Made by a program: the position numbers and the translations under genes
The notes under the pieces: generated by a model
Seen by the model: the letters and a program-made list of their open reading frames with translations, nothing else
What the model was told of the DNA's origin: nothing
Database searches by the model: none
Shown: positions 49,063 through 62,000 of the stretch, piece after piece
Numbering within the stretch: the stretch's first letter is position 1
Layout: every line of letters starts with the position of its first letter
Source of the DNA: Takakia lepidozioides
Lineage: Eukaryota > Plantae > Bryophyta
Length of the DNA: 64,000 nt
Direction of reading: 5' to 3'
Assembly (NCBI GenBank): GCA_030704615.1
Contig: CM060731.1
Span: 85,126,001 to 85,190,000 of the forward strand

Positions 49063-50672
49063 ACACGTAATCAAAGCTACATAATAATTCTCGCACAGAA
49101 CTGTACCCATCCCTTCGATTGATTGTACATGTACATGCATGTAGCTTATTTATATGATTGATCAATGAAAAATCCATGAAAAAAATCCTTTGGAGTTGTA
49201 GGAATGATTCTAGTCAAGTTGTGACTCGAAAAGTGACTCTCGGATTGTTGAGTTTTTGTACGAGGGCAAGAATGTTGGAAGACATGGTTCTTGTTCTACA
49301 AGTGCTGACCAAGACTACCCCTGGAAACCCTTCAATCGATTTGGTTACCATGGTCTCGATGCAACAGAAAGAATCTTTGAAATTGGTTTGAAAGACAACA
49401 ATGTTGCCAAAGCCATTGCCAAAGCAATCTACCCTCAACCCTCTAATCCCATGGCCCTTCCCTTTTCCTTTCCTAGTGCCCCCACCCCCTCTCCCTGCCC
49501 TTTGTCTTTAACAATAAGGCCGCCCGGGTTGATCACGGTTTCCCACATGCAAGATAGACTTGTTATATTGTAGGACAGAAGGAGGAATAAAAAGATTTGC
49601 AACAATGGATCCATTCAGCTTGGCCTCTGCCATGACATTTGCAAAGACACATAAAAGGTGATATTGCGATTCCCCGCCGTCGCAGACCTGCTGGGGCATG
49701 GCAATGTCGTCGCAATACCGTCGCAAGGCGACCCCTAGAGGTCGCAACCCCCTACATTTACAATATCTATGATTGCGGATTTTTCCTACGTAATGATTTT
49801 TTTTTTAGCTCTATTTTGTTCTGTGAATGCAAACCCCACACCACTACATCCGAAAAAAAAAACAAAGAGTTTCCTTCGCTCACTATTGCGGAACTCTCTA
49901 TGGAGAGTGCATGACGTTGAAAAGAACTCAACTTGGGAGTGCAAATGAGGGAAGAAAATATGGTTTTCAATCCAAATGATTTTTGTTCACTCCCAAATTT
50001 TTGCACACGCATTGCACATGCTGTCATTAAGCATATGGCTTGGGAACGGAATAAAAAAAAAACATGTGCATGTGCAAAAAATCATCATCCCACCTGAGGG
50101 GATGAGGAGGAGGATGTGGCGGCGGCCGTCAAGTTTGTTGGGATCGGCACCAATGGTGGTAGAAAGAACTCTGGCCCTGTTATACAGCAGGAGAGAAGAA
50201 GCATTATAACAATTGGAATAAGGGGATCAATTGACCCTGGCCTCTGCCATGACCTTTGCAAAAAGACACTAAATAGGGCCTCTCTGCAACTCCCGGACGT
50301 CGCAGGCCCGTCGCATTACCGCTGACGGGCGACTTCTAGCAGTTGCAACCCCCGCGAGGTGGCGTGCCCTCGCCACGTGGCGGCCAAGGGGGAAATGACA
50401 TCCTTGCGACTCCCCAACGTCGCTGCCCTGCTGGAGCGTCGCTAGGCCGTCCTAGCGACGACAAGACATCGCAATACCCCGTCGAGCTGGGCGGCCAAGG
50501 GGAAATGGTGACGTTGCGACCCCCGGACGTCGCTGGAACGTCGCAGTACCCCTCTAGCCTGGGGGTCTAGGATTGGGGATTTCTGGTACGTAATGATTTT
50601 TGTTTTTACTCAAATTTGTTTTGTGAATTCAACCCTTGCACCACTACATCTGTGCAAAATATTGGACCCAAG

Positions 50673-50710
<38 letters not shown>

Positions 50711-51976
50711 CTCACTTTTTAAGACTATCTATGAAGAGTGCATGAAGTTGTAGAACTTAACTTTGGAGTACAAATGAGGGAAGAAACTACGGTTTTGGGT
50801 CCAGATGACTATTGTTTACTCCCAATTTTTGCACGTACATTGCATATGCTGTCATTAAGCATATGGCTTGAAAGTGGAATTAAAAAAAAATTGTGTGCAG
50901 ACGAAACGCAATATTTAGTCTCCACGACACGTAGTTTCGTTGAAATCTCGACCATTGACTGAACTTGGTTCAAGCTTATGTTTGGTCCACATGTGCTTAA
51001 GTATGTTCAGATCACAGATGCAAAGTTGCAAATGACGAGCATCAAGAAGAAATATTCACCCCCGACGTCGTAGGCCCTGCATGAAGTTGAAGAAAACTCA
51101 ACCTTGGAGAGCAAATGATGGAGGAAAATATGATTTTGGGTCCAGATGACTTTTGTTCACTGCCAAATTTTGCACGCACATTGCACACGCTGTCATTAAG
51201 CATATGGCTTGAGAATGGGAAAAAAAAGAATCATGTGAAACCACAGGTCTACTAGATCCTTCCAAACTTCGAAAGGAATGTCAGTTCAAAGCATACACTA
51301 CTTCTGGGTGGGGATCCTGTCATTCGAGATAAGACTCACCGAGGTTTTGTAGAAGTTATCTAATGTATCTAGATGTCAACGTTGTCTCCTCACAATGGAT
51401 GTCTGCTACGACTTAGGTGATTATGTCAAACAACTCCCACAAAGGCAACACCGTGCAATTGGAGCAAGTGATGCAAAATGGCACCAAGACTTTGCGCTAT
51501 GTAAATCACATGAGGTGGAAATGTGAATGGGATATCCAGCAAATTACACCCATCATGTGCAAGTAAAGGGAGCCGACAATTACTTAAATGCTCTCATTAC
51601 AAACATGTACATAAATATTTTTAGCTTATATTTATGACTAGCATAGTGTATCTACGCGGTTTTGTGGAGGGAAAGAATGTGAATTAAATATGATGCAAGA
51701 GAGGCCAATTTACAATTGGTCTACATGAACATCACTAATCGCTTCGGTCGTTAATGTCATCCATTGGTACTTCACCCAGGCCTGAGGTGGTCAAGAATTT
51801 TCAAACCCCCAAAAAACATCCAGGAAGGACACATAGGGATCAGGCATCCACTCAGTTACGTTCTCGGTCATCGCATAGGAACAAAAAGGAGAAGTTGAAG
51901 ACCAACGATGGATGTTGCTAAAATGTAAAGCTCTCATGATTGCATTTCAGAGGACTTTCTTTGGATAAAGCCAAAT

Positions 51977-52725
51977 TTCACTTAGGGAATCCATTGATCC
52001 GGAGTATTGAAAACTTGGAGTGAGGCCGCTTCTCTTGTCTTTCTTGCATCTCTAACATGAGATACTCTAATGATAGTTTGGAACTGTTCGCATTTGTGAG
52101 CATTGTTCAACCAACATTGTTCTCTCCTTTTGACGATCCTGGTTTAAATTAGTGCAATGTAACCAAGCAACCTCTACATATTGAAATGTGCGTAATTTAT
52201 GGCCCTTGGCTTGCTCATGTCTATCCGTAGTGATTGATTTGTCCAGGGACGACCTGTTCTTCCGCTGCAACAAACTCGTTCACAAAATGCTCTTCTTTCG
52301 CAACAACCACTAGTTATTTCACAAAATGTTCTTCTCTCGCTCCAATCCATTTTTCACTTAGGGAATCCATTGATCCGGAGTGTTGAAAACTTGGAGCGAG
52401 GCCGCTTCTCTTGTCTTTCTTGCATCTTTAACATGGGATACTCTAATGATATTTTGGAACTGTTTGCAGTTGTGAGCATTGTCCAACCAACATCGTTGTC
52501 TCCCTTTGACGATCTTGGTTCAAAGTGCAATGTAACCAAGCAACCTCTACATATTGAAATATGCGTAAATTATGGCCCTTGGCTCGCTTGTGTCTATCCA
52601 TAATGATTTATTTGTCCAGGGACGACTTGTTCTTCCGCTGCAACATACTCGCTCACAAAATGCTCTTCTTTCGCAGCAACCACCGGTTATTTCACAAAAT
52701 GTTCTTCTTTCGCTTCAATCCATTT
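51977..52725. repeat. Tandem duplication, ~376-bp unit x2
   Basis: TTCACTTAGGGAATCCATTGATCCGGAG at 51977 and 52353, with similarity continuing through both units. Confidence 0.85.
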
Positions 52726-52863
52726 GTCTTTTGAGTACAACCTCAACGTAATACATTTGCACAAAGTATTGGCCGATTTCGGCAGAGGCTTTGTGTTCAC
52801 ACACATGTTGGAATTTGGACTTCAAGTTTTCCATCCAACCACGATCTAGGCTAATAACCACGA

Positions 52864-53020
52864 TCTAATCGCTAATCGCTAATCGTTTCATCAGAGATCA
52901 TTTCAATGGCTAATCGCTAATCGATAATCTTTAATCGCTAATCATGAATCGTCATCGTTAATCGTTAATCGTTATTCGATTGACGATCTGTTCATTTGAT
53001 GTTTGATGTTTGATGTTTGC
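52864..53020. repeat. (CTAATCG)n and (TTTGATG)n simple repeats
   Basis: Directly visible. Confidence 0.7.
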
Positions 53021-53905
53021 AAAATCATCTGATGTTGTGCTTCTCTCTACCATCATACCTGAGCATGTGCTTGAGTTGATTTGTGACGAAGAGTATTGCA
53101 CCTTTGATCAATCGTCTTGCAATAATATCTTGTTCCTCCATAAACAATTAATTGACTTTATTTCATTATTGTATTTGATGGTTTGATGATTTGATGATAG
53201 ATTATTGATGATTTCATTATTTGATGTTTGATTTGATGTTCATTTTGAATTAATGCCAAAGCTTTATACAAAGCAAAATCATTCGATGTTGTGCTTCTCT
53301 CTGCCATCCTACCTGAGCATGTGCACGCGTTTTTCTCTGACGAAGAGTATTGCATGGATTGCAATTGCGTCGTTATGTGATAAAACCATTCGAATTTGTC
53401 ATGGAATCGAGGATGCCACCAAAGAAGTTTAGTATATGCCTAATCCAACGCTCTCTATAAGTTATTTAATAAGGGCAAAACTTTACATAAAGCGAAATCA
53501 TCCAATGTTGTGCTTATCTCTACCATCCTACTTGAGCATGTGCGCGAGTTTTTGGTGATGGCGTTCGAAGGGAGGGAGAACCCACTTGTATGTCTCTCCT
53601 CCTTTAGATTCTGAGCTGCTTTCTCAAGCTCTTGGATTTTTTCGATGATATTGTCATCCTTTCGAATTCGTCAAGGAATTGAGGATGCCACCAAAGAAGT
53701 TTAGTATGCGCCTAATCCGAGGTTCTCTGGAAGTTTTATACAAAGCAAAATCATTCGATGTTGTGCTTCTCTCTACCATCCTACCTGAGCATGTGCGCGC
53801 ATTTTTCTGTGACGAAGAGTATTGCATCGATTGCAATTGCGTTGTTCTGTGAAAAAACCATTCGAATTCGTCAAGGAATCGAGGATGCCACCAAAGAAGT
53901 TTAGT
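53019..53905. repeat. Four diverged tandem copies of a ~230-bp module (fifth copy at 59780-60008)
   Basis: GCAAAATCATTCGATGTTGTGCTT...GAGCATGTGC at 53019, 53274, 53492, 53744 and 59803. Confidence 0.8.
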
Positions 53906-54425
53906 GGAAAAGACCACATGGTCCTTATACTCTCCGATGCATTCCAGATCGATAGCCACCGTGTCTGCCATTTCCGATTCAATGTCAGGAGCAGGAAGAA
54001 GAGTGGCTATTGCTAGGAAGGAACTTCAGTGCATTCAAACCTCACCTTCTCTTTCGCCTCCACACATGTCGTTGAGAGGTGGTGCAGTTTTCCACGGATT
54101 CGTCGGACTTGGAGGAAGAGACAGTGGACATTGATGCCGAGGAGAATCCGGAATACGAGTGAGTGGAAACATTGTAAGTTTGCAAAGCCTTCTGGGTGAT
54201 TTTTTGTCACACGCATTTCCGGACTGTGGTTCTCATTGGTCTCGTGGGTGAATGTTATGTGCAGGATTCCAGGATCCGGGTCGAAATCGTAGAATTTTCA
54301 TTAATTCTCTGTACATTTAAATTCTCTTCCAAAGTATATAAAGGAAATTCTCACCGTCCTTCATGTCCCCTCTCCCATGTGCTTCTCAACGACACCATCG
54401 TCCAAACCACGTCCCTCCCAAAATC

Positions 54426-55292
54426 GGAAATGCGGCACCGCATTTCCATGTCAGAACGGAAATGTGGGAACTGCAAAAACCTCGTTTGGAAATGCGGCAC
54501 CGCATTTCCAAAATCGGGGCAAGAACAATTTTCCGTCTCCTGGTTTGGACATCAGAAACTGTTCGGCCGAACGGAAATGCGGTGCCGCATTTCCGTTTTG
54601 AACACGGCAGTTTTAGGGAAATGGAAATGCCACCCCGCATGCGGAGGTCGAACACGTTATTTACATGGCAGAAATGGAAATGCGGTGCCGCATTTCCATT
54701 TTGGAGATGGACGTTTTTCCAACTCCAGACCCATCGACGGAAATGCGGCTCCGCATTCCATGATGCGGGACGGGAATGCGGCACCGCATTCCATTGTCCA
54801 ATAAAAAATTTCGATGACGTACATGGAAATGCGGCGCCACATTTCTAGAACGGACATCGTTGTTTCTCCAATTTCAGACCCTTGGACGGAAATGCGGCAC
54901 CGCATTCTATTGTCCAATACGAAATTTTGATGACGGACATGGAAATGCAATGCCGCATTTCCAGAACAGACTTCGTTGATTGTCCAATTCCAAACCCGTC
55001 GACGGAAATGCGGCACCGCATTCCATTGTCCAATAAGAAAATTTGATGACAGACATGGAAATGCGGTGCCGCATTTCCAGAACGGACATGGACATGCATT
55101 GGCGATTGGACATGCTTGGACAATTCAAGGTCCAATATCGAAATGCGGTGCCGCATTTCCAATTCGAAGTATGGTAATGCCATGTCAAGAAATGAAATGC
55201 GGTACAACATTTCCGTTACGACCACAATGGAGGAAAGGGAGCTGCCAGAAATCGCTGCATGGAGAAAAATGAAATGCGGTGCCGCATTTCCG
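54426..55292. repeat. Palindrome array 3 (~14 copies; counterpart of array 1)
   Basis: Spacings 62,85,103,63,33,53,63,53,63,53,82,54,77 bp. Confidence 0.9.
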
Positions 55293-55566
55293 AGCTTGAG
55301 CATGTACATGTTTCATTTTACTCATACATGGATTTCCTTCACCTCAGGACTCTGATATCGCTGACTCTGGTATATTCATGTGGACAGACACATTGTACAA
55401 ATGAGACCACAAATTGTAAACAGTGGGCCAATTACAGCATTTCTTGAACACAATGAAACACAACACACAGAAGTGAGGTACGAGGGGTTGTTTTATTGAT
55501 CGAACACGGTGTCTCACATTTAGCAACTCCAGACAAATCTAAGCCCTTCCGCCTTGTACATGGGCA

Positions 55567-56145
55567 TCACCAAGTCGACGGAACTTCGATAGCCCTCAAA
55601 ACAAACTCATTACTGAACCGGCACCTCCAGGTAAACTGCAATGCGGTCGTTCTGGTGCCCTTGGTGGAGCTAACGACAATGTCATGCCCATCAATGATAC
55701 CACCATCATACATTGACAAGCTGACTGTGGGCCTCATGTGCCCATGCGATTCGTCTTCGCAACTCAGCCGAATGTCTCCATACAGTGGAAGAGCGGATTG
55801 AACTCCACGAATATAGTTTTCCCCAGTGCCGTCCTCCCTGGTCCACTGGCAGCAGTTCCAACGCCAAAGCGAGGCCGTGCGTGATCTGTCCGGCATCCCA
55901 TTCCAGCTTGGTATATCGAGGTCAACAATTTTCAGGACCCACGGACCGCATTGACCCTCGCCCTCACCTCGCTCAAAGCGGTAATAGCCCTCCAAATACT
56001 CCATTGCGCGCAAAGACTCCCGCTTGATTCCAGAAGCGTCTGTGAAAACAGAGAGCCAGACAATGATGTCTCCTGATTCTGGTTTGAACATAGCATAATC
56101 GTGGCCATGATAAGGGCAGTCAGCAGGATTGCGGCGGCACGGCAT
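55567..56145 (-). CDS. Unknown protein, paralog A
   Basis: Open 192 aa; aligns by eye over its length with 56548-57264. Confidence 0.6.
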   Translation of the reverse strand: MPCRRNPADCPYHGHDYAMFKPESGDIIVWLSVFTDASGIKRESLRAMEYLEGYYRFERGEGEGQCGPWVLKIVDLDIPSWNGMPDRSRTASLWRWNCCQWTREDGTGENYIRGVQSALPLYGDIRLSCEDESHGHMRPTVSLSMYDGGIIDGHDIVVSSTKGTRTTALQFTWRCRFSNEFVLRAIEVPSTW

Positions 56146-56403
56146 CCTTGCAAAAGATTACCGGAGTACGCTCAATGACAGCAGCTCCCAGATGGAGGAG
56201 GCAGCAGCGCGGTGGCTGGAAGAAGTTGAAGCAAACGCTGCAATTCCTCACTAACACTCCAGGGCACATTTAAATTCCCCCCCTACAGGAACCTGCACAG
56301 ATGAAGATTGGCTGCTCCATGAATGTAGCCGTTTCAGTTTCCTTCCGTGCCATGCAAACTATGGGCAATAAGTGCCAGGTGGGCCTATAGCCACTCGAGA
56401 CGA

Positions 56404-56466
56404 CGAAGTCCATCCCCCCTTCGATGTAAATGCGGTGCCGAATTTCCATCTGGGGGATGGACTTCG
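56404..56466. promoter_or_regulatory. 63-bp hairpin centred on the family palindrome, between the divergent paralogs
   Basis: Perfect 15-bp arms CGAAGTCCATCCCCC / GGGGGATGGACTTCG around AAATGCGGTGCCGAATTT. Confidence 0.7.
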
Positions 56467-56547
56467 GTTGCAGATTTCAAACTATACCCTGTGGATGAGA
56501 AAGAGGTATCGGTTCATCCACCGCTGGCGTGATGAACACGTTACACG

Positions 56548-57264
56548 ATGATTGGTGGTACGTGGGACCCAGATGCTCCATTATTGGAGCCCGCACTGCT
56601 CTTCCGCTTCTCATCATTTCAAAAATCTAAGGGCTTCGTTGCTGTCTGCAAGGTCATTGTCATCGACATCAAAGACGTCCTCAGGTCCTCCTTTGCAAGG
56701 ATGCCGTGCTTCCGGAACCGGGACGACTGCCCTTATGGAGGCTTCGATTATGCAATGTATTCAGCCACATCGGGAGACATCGTTATCTGGTACACAGTTT
56801 ACACAGAAGATACTGGTTCGAATGTGGAAACATTGTCCGCTTTTGAGTACATCCCAGGCCACTACGCCTTCAAGTGGGGTGACAATTTTGGTCTGAGGAG
56901 TCCGTGGCTCCTACGCATCCTTGATTCCGATTTTCCCAGCTACGACGGGCACCCATACAGAAGAATGCGCACTGCTATGCTGTTGCGGTGGAACTGCTGC
57001 CAGTGGACGTGGGTGGACTCCATCGGAGAGACGTATACTACTGAAGGAGTGCGCTCCTCTTCTCCATTGTATGGGGACATTCGCATTGGTGTGGACGACG
57101 AAAACGTGAAGCTTTCCATATTCGATGGTGGTATGATTGAAGGGCACGACATTGTGGTGAACATCAACAGGGGCGGTACAACGGCTGCAATCCAGTTTAC
57201 CTGGAGGAGTCCGATGACCCATGTGCTAGTTTTCAGAACATGCAAAGTCCCATTGACAACGTGA
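56548..57264 (+). CDS. Unknown protein, paralog B
   Basis: 238-aa ORF; shared MPCxRNxxDCPY, RWNCCQWT, PLYGDIR, DGGxIxGHDIVV, QFTWR. Confidence 0.65.
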   Translation: MIGGTWDPDAPLLEPALLFRFSSFQKSKGFVAVCKVIVIDIKDVLRSSFARMPCFRNRDDCPYGGFDYAMYSATSGDIVIWYTVYTEDTGSNVETLSAFEYIPGHYAFKWGDNFGLRSPWLLRILDSDFPSYDGHPYRRMRTAMLLRWNCCQWTWVDSIGETYTTEGVRSSSPLYGDIRIGVDDENVKLSIFDGGMIEGHDIVVNINRGGTTAAIQFTWRSPMTHVLVFRTCKVPLTT

Positions 57265-58470
57265 CTTGTATTCAGAAGGCACAGGGCTAAAGATTTGTTT
57301 GCACAATCAGCACAGTAGACGTGCTTCAAATGCAATTCATGTGGATCAATAAAAACCTCATTGTGCCCTCTTTTTGTTCTATTCTGTATCCATCGTTCCC
57401 AGAGTGCATCATTCCTCATTTCGTTTGGGATTGGGAGTGTGGGTGGATTTTGCAAGTGGCTGGTAGGCTGAAATGGGCCCCCATTGTACAGAGCAGTACC
57501 ACCCTACCATTCGCGAAACATTGCCTTTCAATATGTAATTCTAAAAAACATTGCCGAACCTCCTTCATCGGGAGGTCCTTCTCCCCCTATGACCGTGACA
57601 CCCTGAACCCTATTCCCGCGGACACTCATTTCCGGAAAATAGTCCTGCTCATGTTTTTTTCGACACTTACGACTCTGCTCATGGCTCATCAAATAGCAGC
57701 CCCCAAAGACGTGGAGAAGACACCACCATTGAAGCGACAACCAAAAAACCCCATAGGCGCGTACGCCAGTTTTTAAACAACCTTATTTTAGCGTGACTCT
57801 GGACCGTTCAGGGACGACGTGTCTTGCATGCAGATGCTCCACGCCACCCAGCTGGAATCTTGGCGCAGTAGGGGCGGGGGAGAGGCAAGTGCGCTCCCTC
57901 TTTTTCAAACAATTTTTTTCCTCCCTAGCTGCAATCCTGGATCCAGTCGATAGCGAGACTCCTTCTCGACCTAGAAGAAGGCGCCGCCGAACTCTGTACT
58001 TCACATCTAACAAACAAAGGCTACGGGCGAAGGAGAATGAAAAAGATCCGCAGGGAGCTCATGTTAGGGGAGGACACCGGGGAGGGAGAGGCCGGAGGAG
58101 AGGGAGAGGCAGAGGCCGGAGAGGGAGAGGCTGGAGGAGCAGTTGCGCGACAGTCTCCAGAGGGTTTACCCACAGTGGAGAAGGAGCCCAACGAACGACA
58201 ATCGTTTGAGGGCGGAGAGGAGGAACCCTGGACTAGCCTCCGACAATAGTCTCAGGTATTCCGCATAATGGAAGAGACACCGGAGGATGAAGTGCGTGGT
58301 TTTGTCACCCACGAGCCCGATCTTCTGGGACCTGTCCTCCCACACGAATTGAAGGAGACGAGCCAGACAGGAGGTGCATCTTCGAGTGCTACAAAGAAGC
58401 AAGCCGAGGTATGTGTGACGTTCCATTGAGTGTCCTGGTTCTCCTTTCTTTTGACGTTTGAATCTCACAT

Positions 58471-58712
58471 AACAACCTTGCGTTGACGCAAGGTTGTTCT
58501 GAGTGTCTTGTCTGTTCCTGTTTTTCCCTTCACTGTCTGTTTTTGCCTTCACTCCCATCGTTGCAAATCCCACAATCAACCTTGCGTCAACGCAAGGTTG
58601 ATTTGGGCTGCACGTTGATGCAAGGTTGTTAGAGAGTCCAGCCAATGTCTCTTTTTGCCTTCACTCCCATAGTTGCAAGCCTAAGAAACAACCTTGCGTC
58701 AACACAAGGTTG
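58471..58712. repeat. Second palindrome family AACCTTGCGT-(TG/CA)-ACGCAAGGTT, 4 copies
   Basis: Centres at 58484, 58588, 58616 (half site) and 58700. Confidence 0.85.
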
Positions 58713-59022
58713 ATTTGGGCTGCAGTCCTGGGGGGTGCACTCTTTATAAACTGTGCGTATCACGTGCGTTCGTCACCTAATAAAAAAACCCCGTGTATAC
58801 GGGTCCTTGGATAATTTATACCCCCTCTGTACATATTTTTTGAAGATTATAAACCCCCCTCCTGTAAATATACAAAAATTTACAATTTTTAAAAAGTACC
58901 CCCTTCTGTATGTATATTCTCATTTTCCATCATTAAAAATAACCCTCCAATATGTATATGTATGTTTTTATATTATATCGAATTTATTCATTTAAAACAT
59001 AATATAAATATAACAAATTAAT

Positions 59023-62000
59023 TTAAAAAAAAATGCCTTTGATAAAGTTGTCAAAGACTTTTCGGTCATTTGCATCAAGTACATATGTGTTTGACTTGAC
59101 ATTGTACTTTAAACATGTTAACGCGATAATGGAATCCAAATCAACCATCATGTTATTCGTCAAATCGTACGTATAGACCCCTCCTCGAATTTTTTGGTAC
59201 CATGCTAACCCAATCTCCATATGAGAAGGACGCTCCAATAAATCAACAGAATCCCTACATTCTACAAACCGCTTATTGATTTTCTTCCGCATTCTTTGAA
59301 CCCTGCCCAAATACCAAGTGCCATTGGTTGCTCCTTTGCAGGTTTTCCCTGGTCTGCCTTTCCTATTTGTAGTTTGGATCGCAGTCTCCTCATCAACAAA
59401 AAATACAGCACAATCCGAACCCAATCCCAAGCTCGTGGCTTTGTTGCTGGTAGTTGGTTTGTTTTCTCGGCAAAACAACATCGATGCACTTCTTACTCGT
59501 GTCAATCTATCCTTGGATAGAGTAGGGTTGCTATTGAGTTGGCTAACCAAAGTGTTTTTGAATATGGTCTTCCCGTCTACTTTGACAAATGGAACCACCG
59601 CCTTCGGTCCATCTTTCTCTTGTTCAAACTCATCAATGACAGCATCCAGAATATGTCTCAATTCACTCTGAATAAGTACCTCTTCCGCATGATCATCCAA
59701 AGGTTGGCTCAAAACATCCTCCATTGAATTCGAAGGCCCGCTCACCAATTCATCTTCCTTCAATAACCACGATCTTGAAATAAAGCCAAAGCTTTTTACA
59801 AAGCAAAATCATTCGATGTTGTGCTTATCTCTACCATCCTACCTGAGCATGTGCGCGAGTTTTTTGTGATGGCATTCAAGGGGAGGGAGAACCCAGTTGT
59901 CTGTCTCTCTCCTCCTTTAGATTCCGAGGTGCTTTCTCAAGCTCTTGGATTTTTTCGATGAAATTGTCCACCTTTCGAATTCGTCAAGGAATCGAGGATG
60001 CCACCAAATGTTTTTGTGGAATATGTACCGCCCAATATGGCAACTCGTACAAGATTGAAAGTCGCTTCATGCCGGGCACGTCCACTTCACCGTCCGTGCC
60101 CGCATGGGCCTCCTTCCATCGGTCCTCCCAAAACTGCCCAGATGGTGAAGTTTCCGACCCTGCAGTGGATGTGTGGCTCAACCGCCATGCTTTTGAATAG
60201 CTTGGCCTCCATTTGTCTCTCAATTGTCCATGGCTCATTCCACCAATCCAAGTTTGTCGCTTTGTTTGGTTTCATCCCAAGTTTATGGCATAAAAGTTGC
60301 GCTTCTAGAAATCCAGTTTTCAAAGCCTCCACAATGCAATCATCCGATTGGACAGTAGAAAAGTCGGACAAATCAGCAAGGGGGATACCTGGCTTCTTCT
60401 CCAAAGAAAACCAAATGTGTTCTTGTTTCTTGTGAGCTCTTGAGAACTTGGGTCCTTTTGGATTCACCTCGAACTCGGATATGCGTGTTAATGCTCCCGC
60501 ACTCTCAATCAAATCACACCCGTCATATGTCCTCTCATTCCGTAACATACCTCCCACTTTGCTGAAGAATATTTCACACACATCTGAACCAACAAGGCTC
60601 AAAGTAACTTGCACATGATTAAACTTATCCTTGAACAATTTGATAAGTAGAACCACGTAGTGGCATGAAATTTGTAAATCCAGGTATGCTTCCCTGCTAA
60701 TGAAGAAGGATTTCAGATTATACACCTCGTGGTGGAATAACCACAACTTCCACAATCTGAAAAAAAACGATACCTTCGCAGCAGATTGTACCCTCTCACA
60801 CAATGACATGTGAGGAGACAAAAAAATGTCGATGTAGCATGAAATGATGTATAGGTAAATTTCAGTACCTTTGGTCCTCTCCCTTCGATGATTCACAGTT
60901 GATTGTAACTCCCTCAAACAAGCTTGCACCTTCCGAGATGCCAGTCGTTGAGCTGCTGCCCAATTCTGTCGATCTTCTCTTTTGATATCACATTCCCGAA
61001 GTCCATGCTTGTCCACTGAAAATGAATGGTAGACCAATAACACATGATTCAATGTAGCAACCTCATCACCCAACACCAAAGTCCGTGATGCACTGTCCAA
61101 GGGATTTACCAATTTTTTCCCATTGTGGATGAAGTCCTGATCATGGAGTCCGTATATATCTCCCTCGTTGCACACTCGACCTGTAAACAACCATCCTTCC
61201 CAAGGGATGCAAAATCTACTTCCAGCCCCATTGGCATAATCTTCTAACATCACTTTTCTCCTCCTACTATCTCCGTCTGAAGCATGCCCAATTATAGGCC
61301 CAACCACGTCCCTTTCATATTTGTCCCACAACTGTCTCACCACTTCCCATTGTGATCTCACAAAATTGTTGTCAAATCTATTGCAAGTGAGCTGGATTAC
61401 CAATACCAATCGAGGTAATCGTACATGTAGAGGATTTGCTATCAACACTCTGGCGTAATGGGCAACCACATTGTTTTTGAATGCCTCCACAATATGTTCG
61501 TACCCTGATTCTCCTTCTCCCACTTGCACCACCAAATTTGAAATACATACATGGTTGTCTTGAAGCCCACAGAACCCGAGAAGGGTGTCATCCCTAGCAA
61601 TCCAACGTACCAATTGCTTCACAACAGTTTCATCTTCGGCCACCATCACTGGGATGCTTCCCATTGGAATATTTGCATCTTCCATCACATCTCTGTAAAT
61701 TCCAGCCACATGCTGAAATATATCATCCCTTTCTCCCGCTCTGTACTTCAAACCTTTCCTCAAAGACCGTCTTGTAGTATCAATAGAAGGACCCCCCACA
61801 TTTGAAGCCAAAAAATGATGCAATCTCGGATCCCCCCAAAGCTGCACAGTCTCAAACATTGTTTTTGTGCTAGTACCATACCTCTTCCCTTGTGGAGACC
61901 TGTCAATATTCTTGCCCATATCAACAAGAAAATCCCACAAACTTTCTTTTCCTTCAAAATCCCCCCTCCTATGTGCATCAACAATATCACGACAAAATTT

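Larger units (their letters stand above)
43784..50560 (+). mobile_element. CACTA transposon copy 2 (diverged from copy 1)
   Basis: Same order: Pro-rich/SET, then Tnp2; GTCGC/GCGAC-rich subterminal-like blocks at 49660-49750 and 50285-50550; TIRs not identified. Confidence 0.8.
53903..57300 (-). mobile_element. Inverted, internally deleted second copy of the ParB-MTase element
   Basis: 53903-54092 = 13979-14168; 54095-54285 = rc of 11575-11762; 54290-56417 = rc of 8871-11120. Confidence 0.85.
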
